A DNA stretch of 64,000 nt, taken from contig CAUYUJ010000080.1 of the NCBI GenBank assembly GCA_963575745.1, positions 1 to 64,000 on the forward strand, in the 5' to 3' direction. Every line of letters begins with the position of its first letter. The stretch's first letter is position 1. The notes beneath the pieces are model-generated. The model had not been told where the DNA came from. It made no database searches and saw only the letters and a program-made list of their open reading frames with translations. Positions 49,794 to 61,900 of this stretch are shown piece after piece. The position numbers and the translations under genes are program-made. This stretch comes from Prorocentrum cordatum (lineage: Eukaryota).

Positions 49794-51379
49794 CTCTCCT
49801 CCGAGAATGCCGCCACCCCGTTCCCTACAGCGCCATCGGCGACCCGCGCGCCGCTGCGCGCATGCCAAGTGAAACTATGCCCTGGAGCCCGAGAGGTTGT
49901 TCGTGAACACGGATGAGAAGAATTCATGATGGCGGGCTGAAGCGAAAGAGCGTGAGCATAGCATAATCAGTGGCAAGACGAGACTGAGAAACGAATGGCG
50001 AGAGACTGACACCAAGAGAGAAAGACAGAGGGATATGGAAACAGGGAAAGGGGGACAACGGGATAGACCCTATCGGATTTATGGGAAGAGAAGGACAGAA
50101 AGGGCAATACAGCAAAAAAAAGGGTAGAAAGAAGAGTGATAACGATAACACATAGTATGGGCGTGATGTGTTACTCGCGTGCGTGTTTACATGTATATCT
50201 GCTATATATATAGTTATATAGTTATATATATAGATATATGCAATAGACATCATTGTATATACATACATAGGTGGAGATTCGTGTATAATCCTGCGCGTGC
50301 ACATCTTACACACGCATCTATACACCCATATGTATCCCCCTCTTTTTCCAAAACCCTCATTTGCAACATCTGTCTCGTTCAGGCCATACGGGTCAGACGC
50401 CGTGCGCAATCTGATTTAATTCAGCAGTTGCCCCTCTACAAATCAAAAGGGAGTGGGGACCCGCCAACCGCAGGCGGTGGCAATCCAGCCGAACCCCACA
50501 CAGGGGCCTCCAGCGCGAAAGCTTCGGGGTGCGACCCCGCCAACCCCGAAGACGCAGAAGCACGAGGCCGCATGACATGAACTGAAGGAGCAGAGGCCGG
50601 CAGCCTCTGACCGCGTGGCGGCGCGGGGGCTCCAGGGAAATCCGAGCCGGCCCCACCCAAGCCAGGATCCGCCGCCAGAGCTCCCGAAGCGGATCCAGCC
50701 GATGGCTGGGGAAGACGAGGAAGGCACAGAAGCCGTCAGCGCCGCTCCAGTCATCAGCGCTGCGGCGACCACCATCGCCTGGGGGCGGTGGACGTGGCCG
50801 GACTGCACTCCGAAGGCTCAATGTCCTCGGCGAAACGCACTCGTTTGCGAGGAGGCCCCTGGGCAGCTTGGGACGGGGAAGAACCGACTGGGGCACCCTT
50901 CCCCGCGCCTGGGGCCGCCGAGCACTGGCTCGCAATTCTGGCAGGCATCCTGAGACGCCGCGGGAGGCCCTCCCCGCGGGCCCCAAACACTGGGGCCAGT
51001 TTCCGCCGCGGGGAACCCCCAGGGACCGCTGGGTGTTTTTGGGCCGCTCCTGGGGCTGCTGGGGCGGCCGCAGAGCGCGGAGGGGGAGGAGGAGGAAACT
51101 CAAAGGTCCGCTCGACCACATCACCCTGAGCCGCCTGGGCCCGCGCCTGGAGTTCCCTCCGTCTGCGCGTCTGGCGGAGCATGCGCGCGCGACCAGCCAG
51201 CGTGCGGGCGACTTGCTGCCGCGCCGTGCGCAACGCCACCACGAGGCAGCGAACAACGAGGCATGAGCAGAGGCTGCCCTCACGCATGGCGGACCCCAGC
51301 GGCGCCCCTGCCGCCGCGTCCGCCGCCTTCGTGCATGCGGCAGCCGCGGGTCGCGATCCGGCGACAAGGCCCCCGATTT

Positions 51380-53400
51380 CAGGCTGTCGTGCGCCGCTGC
51401 CACCCAGCAGGCCGTCTGACGAAGGTGTCGAAGAAGGAGTTTGGACTCCACCTTCTGCTGGTCCGTGAAGCAATGGAGCCCCAATCCCAAGCGAGCAAGC
51501 GCGGCCGCCCAGTCGCTGCCATGCCGATATTGGTCGTTACCGCTCTGGTGCCCACGGACGTGAACGACGCCACGTGCGAGAAGAGGTCGCCATGGTCATT
51601 CGACTTGGCCCAGAGCTGCACCCGCAGATCGCGATTCTAGCGCCTGGGGCAGAACCTGAAAGACCGCCCAGAGTTTGGCCCTGGGCGAAGACCAGACCGG
51701 TCCAGGCAGCGCGCCATACTAGCCGCTGAAGGCCCAGAAGTTCTCGGAGACGACGAAGCCCCAGCCCGTTCTCGCATCCTGCGGGCGGCTCCGACGCTTC
51801 GAGCCATAGCCGTCGGTGTAGTTGAGGCCTGTGACAAAAAAAACCGGGGCGGGCAGCAGCGCGTGCCAGCGGCCGCTGTCGTCGCGGGGAGGGAAAACGG
51901 GTAGCGAGGACAGCGGAACCAGCAGGCGCGCCAAGCGTGGGTCGTTCCGCATGGTGTGTGGCAGTCCGTCGAGCAGGGCCACGTCCAAGGCTAACGCCCG
52001 CTCGGGCTGGCACGACTCGCGCCGCTGCCAGTATCGGCGCACGGATGTGCCAGGCGCGGCCCAGCATCGTCCACGCAACCCGTCAGCACCGTAGCCGTAC
52101 CTGTGCAACCTAGCCTGGGACCAGGTGGCACCCGCGATGAGAGACCGCACGGCGCCGACGCCAGATTCTGTGAGCCTCCAGCGGGCGGTGGGACTGTGCA
52201 GCAGCGCCGCCAGCGGCTCCAGCCAGTAGCCCTACGGCTGCCAGCGCACGGGGCCCAGCTCGGGCGCGGAGTCGGGCGTGGTAGCCCAGCGCCGCCACAT
52301 GGCGCGCACGGCGGACTGCCTCGCCAGCTGCTGGACTGTGGAAGGGGCCGCAGCGCGTAGGTCCAACACGACGCCCTCGTCCGTGCCCCAGGCGGAGGCG
52401 GATGACGCGACACAATCAGCCCTGGCAAGGCCCATGACCCTGCGCCACTGGCTGGGGGCCAGAAGTGCAGAGGGGGCCTGGCTCTGCCACGCTCGCTGCA
52501 TGTCCGACTTGACCACTCTCGGATCCACGGCCATTAGCGGCCAGTTGAATAGGGTCTGCGTCCACGCCGCAAGCTGCGGTTCGGTGCGGGCCCCTGGTTC
52601 GAAGCAGGCCGCCAGCCAAGTCCAACAACCCGCGGCCAGCCGGCCCCACTGCTGCCGGAGCACGCGCCGCATCATGGTGACCAGTATGTCGGCGGAGCCC
52701 CCGTGGTAGGCACACCGTACTGGAAAGGTGCAAAAAGTGAAGCGCGCGTCAAACGACCAAGCTGTGCGCCGAGGCCACGAAGTGTCCGAAACGCCGCACC
52801 CTGGCGCGGACCCGCCTTGCCCGCTGGCGCAGCGAGAACAAGCGGAGCGGTCGACCAGGGCAGGCCTCAACGCCCAAGGCCTCAAACGCCTGGCATGCTC
52901 GGAAACCGTGGCGCCGCAGGCGGCGAGCGACCTCGCGCGGGCCTTGCGCCGCGCAGTGGGCAGCTCCAAATCCTCCTGCAGGACGAGGGCGAGCCGCTTC
53001 AGGAAGTCTGTCGCCCGCTCCATGATGACCCGCAGGGCCGCGCAGATCTGCACCGTCAGGTCGCCAGCATAGATGGCCAACGTCCGCGGTTGGTAGGCGG
53101 TCAGGAGCATCAGTTCGTCCATGGGCGTGAGCATCGCTAGCTGCAGCAGCGCGCTGGCCAGTGCGCATCCTGGGAGGACGCCGCAGGAAGCTTGGACCGC
53201 CCTGGAATGAACCGAGCTCTATTGGAGCCGGCGGGGAGCGAAATACATGGCGAAGGCGGAGCGAACAATGACCATGAGGAATTGGTGTGCCCTCGCCGGA
53301 CGATGATCATCCAGCGGAGGCGGTCGTAGCATTTCTCGATATCAATGAAGGCCGTGACGACGACGTAAAAGTCCGCGCCGCTAGCGGGATGTTCCTCATG
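51380..53400 (-). mobile_element. Degenerate 5'-truncated non-LTR retrotransposon (LINE-like ORF2 remnant: RT, Zn-knuckle region, RNase H)
   Basis: Minus-strand motifs in the expected order: AFIDIEKCYDR (~53320-53355, RT DxxKAFD motif); GVLPGCALA (~53160-53185); IYAGDL (~53055-53075, decayed YADD); GATWSQARLHRYGY..RC..PGTSVRRYW (~52030-52135, decayed CCHC region); YTDGYG..RTGWGFVV (~51750-51820, RNase H). Stops and frameshifts are present. Confidence 0.85.
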
Positions 53401-53551
53401 CTGATGATGACGATGATGATGCTAATGATGAGTGTGCTGATGATGGTGATGCTGATGACGAGGATGATGATGACGATGGTGACGATGATGTGGGTGATGA
53501 TGGTGACGACGATCCACGCGTCCAGAGGGGCCAAAAGATCCATGCGCGTAC

Positions 53552-53594
<43 letters not shown>

Positions 53595-55889
53595 AATGAT
53601 GATGATGATGGTGATGATTCTGGCGCTGCTGGTGATGAGAAGAAGCACAAGCTAAGTACGCTCATATCTGACGACCTACCCCTACTCCCATCCCTTTCCA
53701 TGACGTATGTATTCTCTCTACTCGCGCAGTCAGATGCCGAGCAAGGCAATGATCGCGACATGGTACACGACGCATGGTAGAGCACGGCCTGGCAAGGCGT
53801 AGACGAACACGGCAAAGTGTAGCATGCCATAGTATGGCGTGGCATTGCGCACTGAAGCTTTGCAACACAAGACATTGCAACGCAAAGCATGGCATCACAC
53901 AACAAAGAAGACCGCAACACCGCACAACATGTCATGGCATGGCGCCGGGTTCCTGGGAGGGTAAGCGGATCGTCTTCGAGAGGTATGGGCCAATCTGGAG
54001 TCGTGGCTCCATGTGTAGCTCCTTAGGCTCCCCCGAGAATCTCCACACAACGCGGGGCTGATGGAGACCAACCGCTGGCTTTGCTTCCAATATCGCCTTT
54101 TCAAAGCAGAAGCGGGGGTCCCGCTTGATGCTTCCTCAAAGCGACGCCGCCCCAAAGTGGAAGGGGGGCTTCTGCGGCCCAACAAATCAACGAATCGACA
54201 CCGAATAGGAATCACTGCCGTTTGTTATTTATTCCGTTGTTTCTTTTTCTTTTTTCTGAGGGACAATTTATAGATTTTGGGGCTTATCTGGAAAGGGCCG
54301 AAAACGCCCGCGCTGCAGTGGGAGCATGATTTGGAATTGCCAGATGCGCTGGGGCCAGCGTTTCAGCGGGAGCCAACATCTGCTTCCAAAAAACATGAAA
54401 AACAGATGTCCCGAGAATCCCGTGTAAAAAAATACGCGGGGAGGGGGGTCCGATAACTTCCGGACTTCCTCAGGGGAGAGAAGATAATATTCACGCAGGA
54501 CGAAAGATTTTCCTGTAGAGGTGAGAACGGCGATGCTGATTTCGACGAATTACACCGGCGCCGCCGAACGGACGGTTGCTGGACGAGTTGCGCGCAAATC
54601 GTCCAAAGGGAGGGATACGCATTCATGTCGAATGGGGCCCCTTCGCGCGGAAAGTGGATGGGAGCGCGCGAGACAGCACAGGACCCATCCTGGAACATTG
54701 ATGACCGAACCCCCTTCACACGTAGAATCTTAACACGGGCGGGTTCCGGGGTCCGCGGATCCGATGTCATACGGTTCCCCGCTGATATTTAATATTCTCA
54801 ATTTTTTAACGTGGTAGAAATCGAACCAACTGTAAAGAAATAAGGCCGGACGCGGATCCAGAAAATCCGGAATCGGATCCGCGCGGACGGAAATCGGATC
54901 CACCGAGACAAAAACAAAAACCACAAGTGGATCCGTTCGACATTCATGGAATCCGACGGCTTCTATCTCATACGCGTATGCTGAAGACTTCAAACCGTCG
55001 TTCCGGGTCCAAGAGGAAAAACTTTCGTCTTGGGGATGTGGAGTTCATATTGTGCAATTGTGGGGGAGGAGGAGGAGGAGGAGGAGGAGGAGGAGGAGGA
55101 GGAGGAGGAGGACGAGGGCGGGTGGAGGAGGAAGAGGAGGAGGAGGAGGAGGCTGGCTGGCTGGCGTCCCTCCCACTGGGGCGGCATGCGGAGACCTCGG
55201 GCGTGGTCCCCTTTCTGCAGGGGCAGCGGGCCCAGCGGAGGACGGCGCAAGCAACCCTGCGGCGACCAGGCGGAAGCCCTCTGCTGGAACCCTTCGTATG
55301 GTTGACAGCTAGACGGGCGACTCGGCCTGACCGCATGGAGTGGGGTGGACCAAGCAGGGCCGCCGACAGCGTACGGTTGCCCGCGCTTGGGGCTCAGCCC
55401 GACTCCCCAACCGCTGCACCTGTCAGCGCACGGCGAAAAGACGCAAGTGCGAGACTCCGGCAAAGGAGGGGGAGAAGGAGGAGCAGGAGGAAGACGGGGA
55501 GGAGGAGGAGGAGGAGGAGGAGGAGGAGGAGGAGGAGGAGAAACAGGAGGAGGAGGAGGAGGAGAAGGAGGAGGATCAGGAGGAGGAGGAGGCAGGAGGG
55601 GGGGGAGGAAGAGGGGGGGGGGAAAAGGAGGAACAGAGGAGGAAGAGGCAGAGGAGGAGGAGTAGGAAGAGGAGGAGGAAAAGGAAGAGGAGGAGGAGGA
55701 GGAGGAAAAGGAGGAGGAGGAAAAGGAGGAGGAGGGGAGGAGGAGGAGGAGGAGGAGGAGGAGGAGGAGGAGGAGGAGAAGGAGTAGCAGGAGGCGGAAC
55801 GCAAAGAAAATGGTGAGGGCGGAGTGGAGGGTGGAGCAGAGGAGAAAGAGGAGGGTGGGTTGTCAAGGAGGAGGGGGGAGGGAGGATGG

Positions 55890-56205
55890 AGCGGCCCCGA
55901 GACAGCCTATGAAGGCCCTAAGAGAGCCTATGATGGCCCCAAGACAGACGATGGTGGCGACATGACAGCCTATGTTGGCCCCAAGGCAGCCGATGGTGGC
56001 CCCAAGACAGCCCAGGGTGGCCCCAAGGCAGCCTGCTTTGGCCCCAATACAGCCTACGATGGCCACACGACAGCCAACGGTGGTCCTAACAAAAGAATAC
56101 GGAAGCCAGAAGACAACCTATGATGGCCCCCAGACAGCACATGACGGCCCCAAGACAGCCTGTGATGGACCCACACGACCCCAGAAGAGAGCCCCAAGAC
56201 GGCTA
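55890..56205. repeat. 21-bp minisatellite (GGCCCCAAGACAGCCTAYGAT)n
   Basis: About 13 degenerate copies. The GGCCCCAAGACGGC motif also recurs in dispersed repeats at ~15590-15830, 29290-29370, 58850-58920 and 63010-63260. Confidence 0.85.
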
Positions 56206-59200
56206 GAAATGGGACCCAATAGGGAGAGCCCGTACCGACCATTTGAGATTTCTGCCCCAGGAGGCCCTAAAAAGGAGCCCAAAGAGGACCCCATGGCTGC
56301 GGCCGCCAGACGGTCTCGGTAGCGAACGTCGAATAGCACTGGGGGGCGGGGGGGTGGGCGGACGGCAACCGGCGGCGAGAGCGCGAGGCAAGTGGAGCGG
56401 GCCAGAAGGCAGGAGGCCGCACCGCCGGCGCGGGCAGGTACGAAACTTCCTGGGGTGCACGATACCCCCCCAGAGGCTAGCGTGCCCCAGTACGAAGCCC
56501 CCCAACGCGACACACCCCTGGTGCTGACCCGTGCGAACCCCCTGGGAAGGTTCCAACGCACAGGGCGCGGGGGAGCGCCCGGGGAGCGCGTGCGAGCGTG
56601 CAGCGGCGGCGTCGGCAGCGGCGACATCCAGAGACCTCTGGAGGCTCCCGGAAGCCTCCTCCACCTCCTCCTTCTCCTCCCCTTCCCCATTCTCCCACCC
56701 TCCTCCTTCTCCTCCATCTCGTCCTTCTCAGGTCCTCCATCCCTCTTGCTCCGTACGAGCACCTCGCGCCATCTCTTTTGATCCATCTATCTCATATCCG
56801 TCCGTCGATCTGTCCTTCCATTCATACTTTCATTCATCCATCTAGTCATCCCTCCTATCCCACGCACACGCCCTATAGACCTCCCCCCCACTTCCACGCA
56901 TCACCCCCCACCCTACAGGAGCCCCCCCCCTCCCACAGAAGCCCCCCCCACACCACCACAGGGCGGCGGGGTCCGCCAGTGCGCCCGGTACGAAGACCCC
57001 CGGGAAAAATGGAGAGGGGGAGGTACGAACCCCATCCGTATGAGAGGGACAAGAGAGAGGGAGAGAGAAACACAGCAAAAGAGAGAGGGGCAGAGAGAGA
57101 GAGAGAGACGGAAAGAAAACAAACAAACATAGCGCAAGAGGGGCATGTTACAGATCGCACGAGAGGAAAGGACGGGAGGGGAAGGGAAAATGGGATGAGG
57201 GGAGGGAAGGAAAGAGAGATCACTAAAATATACCGTAGACAGAGATGCAGACAAAGCGCGATGCCACAGAGGAGCGAACTGTTTACCTCATACGTCGCAG
57301 ACTAAACGAATTGTCAGTGCGCCAATGCAGCCTGCGATAGCTCTCCGCCTCCGAGTCAGCAATGCCTAATTCTCACCTCCCTTGGTACAGCGCGCGAGCT
57401 TGGCATAGGAATGTCGGTTCGAATCAGTGCTGCCCCCCCTCCAAAAAAAAACACAAATCACTTGAGAAGTAACGACGCTGCGTAGACCCTGCAGTAACCG
57501 CGGCACCCTGCGGTCACCGCACGTACCTGCGGTCACAGCACGTACTGACTACTGGCTGGTGTTCAATGGCGTCACTGCGGTGGCTAGCCGCCCGAAGCGG
57601 TACTGCCAACATGTGCAACGGCTGCCTGCTGCCAGCTACAGGGTACGACTCATCCCACCAACCCTCAGAGCGTAGGTGGTTTCATAGGCTAGCTCGGTTT
57701 GAATGTCATAAAAGTGATGCGCCCTGTGTCTCTGCGGCAGGCCCGTGATACGTTCGTCTTTCTCCACATTGGCAAACACACTTCGCTTCGGTCTACACAA
57801 CTCGTTTACAATGTCCCCGCACGCGCGCCAAACGGCATGAGGCTTCTGGACTCGGCTCGACACTGCCAAACCATGTGTCTGTCCTTTGGAGGTGTACCCC
57901 TCCCAGGTCAAGGTGTCACGGGGTCCGCTTGGGCTGACGATGGCTCCCACCTGGCCCAAGACATCCCAAAGTTGCCCCATTCACACTAATACTACCATGC
58001 TGCGTCATGGCTCCCAACGTGGACAAAAATGGCGTCGAAGATGCATCCAGGAAGCCATGATGTTTCTCCGAAACTGGTCAAAGTGGCTAAGAGACACCCG
58101 CCAAAAAGACATGGTTGTTACATGTGCTTGTGCTTACGGCCGTTTCGCGTCTGATGGGGCTTCTCGGGCCTCGAGAGAGCCCCAAGACGGGTTCCACGGC
58201 GGCCGCCCCTGAAGCCCCCATAAGCACCCCAGGAGCGCCTCAACAGGGCACCCAGAGGCAATAGATTTTGACCTCCGACAGGACGGCGCAACTTTGCACC
58301 CGCCTAGCTTGACCAGTGGTCCTCTGGATCGGGCCAGGAAGGCCCGCCTGAGGGCCCTGATAGAGCCCAACAGGCCCCCTAGACACATTCCAGCGAGACA
58401 GCTCCACGATGGCCTCCATAAGCAGGAGGACTTTGTGGCTGACTCCTGTTGTCTGCGAACAAGCTGCTGTCACGAACAACTCAGAGATCGACCAGAAAAC
58501 TTATCGAAGAAGATGCGATTTAGGAGTGCGCAGGTTGTGGTGGCTGCCCGTTGTGCGACTTGATGTCCGCACCCACCTGCTTAAGCCAAATTCGCCCAAA
58601 CATCGTCGTTGTCGTACCTGGCGTGGAAACGCGAAGCGTCAAGAATACGGCGGCCCCCGATGTGCATGCCTGCGAGCGCCCCGTGGCCTTGACCGTGTAG
58701 AGGGTTCGTATGGGCGGCAGATGAAATGCAGCAGCAAGGCTCTGTAAGCTGCAAACTAAGGAGAGAGCGAGGAGCGATGGGGGCTCGCAAAACACCACAA
58801 CAGCTCTCGGGGGAGCACCGACCCAGATTCTGTAGAATTTGGAACTTGCGAGGGCCTCCAGACGGCCCCAGACAGCTCCAAGACGGCCCAAGAGATGGCC
58901 TCAGGGCGGCCGAAGATGGCCTGAATAGAAAGAGGACCGAAGATGGCTCTGGGACAACACAAAAGAAGCCCCCCGGCACGGCTCGAGAGGGCTTCAAGAG
59001 GCCCTCCAGGAGGGCCCCATGAATATGAAATCCACGTTCGGGGACTTCTACAGTCGGACTCGATTGCACAGGACCCGCGAGAGGACAGAGACAAGACCCT
59101 TCCGAGGGCCACATTGCCACAGGAATGTAGGAAGCATGGGTCGCGAGACTCAGGACACAAGGGTAACCTTGATTTGGCAGGGTCGACCTACTAATCTGGG

Positions 59201-61139
59201 CTGACTGTACCCTTTCGAACATCTGACAGCCCAAGACGGCCTAAGAGGCCGTGAGACTCCCGGGAGGTGCGAAGGGGGCCCTCGGGAAGCCACCAATGGG
59301 GAAGCCAAAAGGTGCCGATAGCGCTACTCCCCGGACCTCTCCTGGGGTCCGCTCTGACCAGAATTTCGATGCGAATCTAGCGGCGGCGACGAGGACCTCC
59401 CAGGAGGCCCGACAAGGCGAAGACGGGGCAAAGGTAGCAGCATGGGTACCTTTGTTTTCCTGACCCGGAGGCATTTATTTCCACTCGACAGGACCGCAAA
59501 AAAAACAGCGACTTCGCGGTGGCCCTGCAGACCTTCTGCGCCACGAGGTCTCCAGAGCACGTGGCACCCTGGCTCCCCCTGATCAGCCCCAGCTCTTCCT
59601 TGATTCACCCTTCCAGAGGGCAGAAGAACCACCCATCACAATCAGCACCTCAACAAGTGAAGCCCATTAGTAAACGCACCTCAGGGAGGGCTCGGATAGG
59701 GCAGGGCTGTTTCGTAAACGCCGAAGGCTGCTCTGCAAACGCAAGTTGTAGGGGTCGGGGTGGGCTTTCTTCCCGTGATTCCACGACCCCTCTCCCGGCC
59801 CTGTTCCTTCGTCTCCCCCTCTAGAACTTCACATCATGAACTGCTCTCCTCTCTCCCCTGACTCCGTCCCGAAAATAGCTGGCTATCTCCGCATGCTGGA
59901 AAATTAGCGACAAAAGTGGTTTTCCCGATGGTTCGTCCCACAATCAGATAGCATTCGGTATTTAAAAGTGGTGCTCCCCGTGCAGCGTGGGCCTCGTGTT
60001 CAGATCGGCAATTTGCTCTTGTCATTCCAAATGGCGCTCTCGCCTAAGCGTGGACTAATTTTATGGATCCGGGACCTTGTTCATCGTTGTCCTCCCCGTC
60101 ATTTTACTTCCGCCGCCTTCCCTTGGTCATGCTGTTCCACCTGATCCTTCCACTCCAATCCCTGCTGCTGCTGCTGCTGCTCGTCATCGTCTTGGTCCTT
60201 CGACATCCTCCTCATATTCCTCCTGCACATCCTCCTGCTCACCCGCCAACTATCTCTTCAATCTCCTTATATGTACGCAGCTCCCCTTTTTCCGATTGCG
60301 CATCCCATGATGGGGTCTTGTTGTAAGAGTTTCAGGTCAGCTATAACACGCGTCCGCGGATACAGAAAACGCAGCGCAATGCGAAGGGATGAGGGAGGGA
60401 TAGGATGTCAGGTGTAGTGCGAGCGCATCTAGCTTGCCCCTCTCCCTCACTCCTCTCCCCCCTTAACTGCGCAACGCACTGCTCCACATGTTGCCCCATT
60501 CGACATGCACTGCGTGGCAGTAATAATCACTATGCTGACGCCGACAGCTACAGAGTTTTCAAGAATCAAGGTAATGGTAGCGCGACGTGAACGAAGAAGA
60601 TCGTACCACGACAACGGCCCTCGAAGTCCCCATAAACGCTCGTGGAAAGGCTCAGCGCCATAGGGCATGCAAACATCGGAAACAACTAGGCTGGTGGCGG
60701 CTCAGTCGTCGTCTGGCTTTCGAGTCAGAACTCGGGTCTCCAGCGGCCACTCGAAACGAAACCAAACGCACCCCAGAAAGCTCTCGGCGAGGCGCGGCTG
60801 CTCTTCGAATTCACGAACCTGCTTTCTTGGGTTCAAGAAACATTGTTTTGAATTCAAACACTAGGTTTTGAATTCAAGAACATCCATGGGGCTGGAAAAC
60901 CGACGAGATCCGCCGAAAAAGCCCAACTGCCTGGAGCCTCGAGCCCCTCTCCCCAACCTCCTCGACGAGAGGTGTCCCCTGGCCACGGATCCAGCCTCCA
61001 CCCGAGTCGCCCGAAGCTCGCGCCTCGCGCCGAGCGAAGCGAGGGGGCGCCAGGACAGCGGGGCACGAGAGCGCGGCTGCCTTGGAGGCCCCCCCGCGGA
61101 TGACCCAGTGGGCGAGGCGGGGAGCTCTCTGCAAAGTAC

Positions 61140-61900
61140 ATGTATGTATGTATGTATGTATGGATGGGTGGGTGGATGGATGGGTGGATGGATGGATGGA
61201 TGGATGTCTGTATGGATGGAGGTCTGTCTGTCTGTCTGTCTGCCTGTCTGCCTGCCTGCCTGCCTGCCTGTCTGTCTGTCTGTCTGTCTGTCTCTGTATG
61301 TCTGCCTGTATACATGTATGTATGTATGTATATGTGTGTATGTACGTATGTGTGTATGTGTGTATGTATGCATGCATGTATGTGTGTATGTATGTATGTA
61401 TGTATGTCTATATGTATGTATATATGCATGTATGTATGTATGTATGTATGTATGTATGTATGTATGTACGTACGTATGTATGTATGCGTGTACGTATGTA
61501 CGTGTGTATGTATGTATGTATGTATGTATGCATGCATGCATGCATGCATGCATGCATGTATGTATGTATGTGTGTATGTATGTATGTACGTATGTATGTA
61601 TGTATGTATGTATGTATGTATGTATGTATGTATGTATTTATGTATGTATGTATGTATGTATGTATGTATGTATGTATGTATGTATGTAGGTATGTATGTA
61701 TGTATGTATGTATGTATGTATGTATGGGCTTAGGTAGGTAGGTAGGTAGGTAGGTAGGTAGGTAGGTAGGTAGGTATGCATGCATGCATGTATGTATGTA
61801 TGTATGTGTGTATGGATGTACGTACGTGTGTATGCATGCATGCATGCATATGTGTGTATATGTTCAAATATATAGATGTATGTGTACACACACGTATGGA
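61140..61900. repeat. Compound tetranucleotide microsatellite (TATG/TGGA/TCTG/TAGG/CATG)n
   Basis: Directly visible. Confidence 0.97.
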
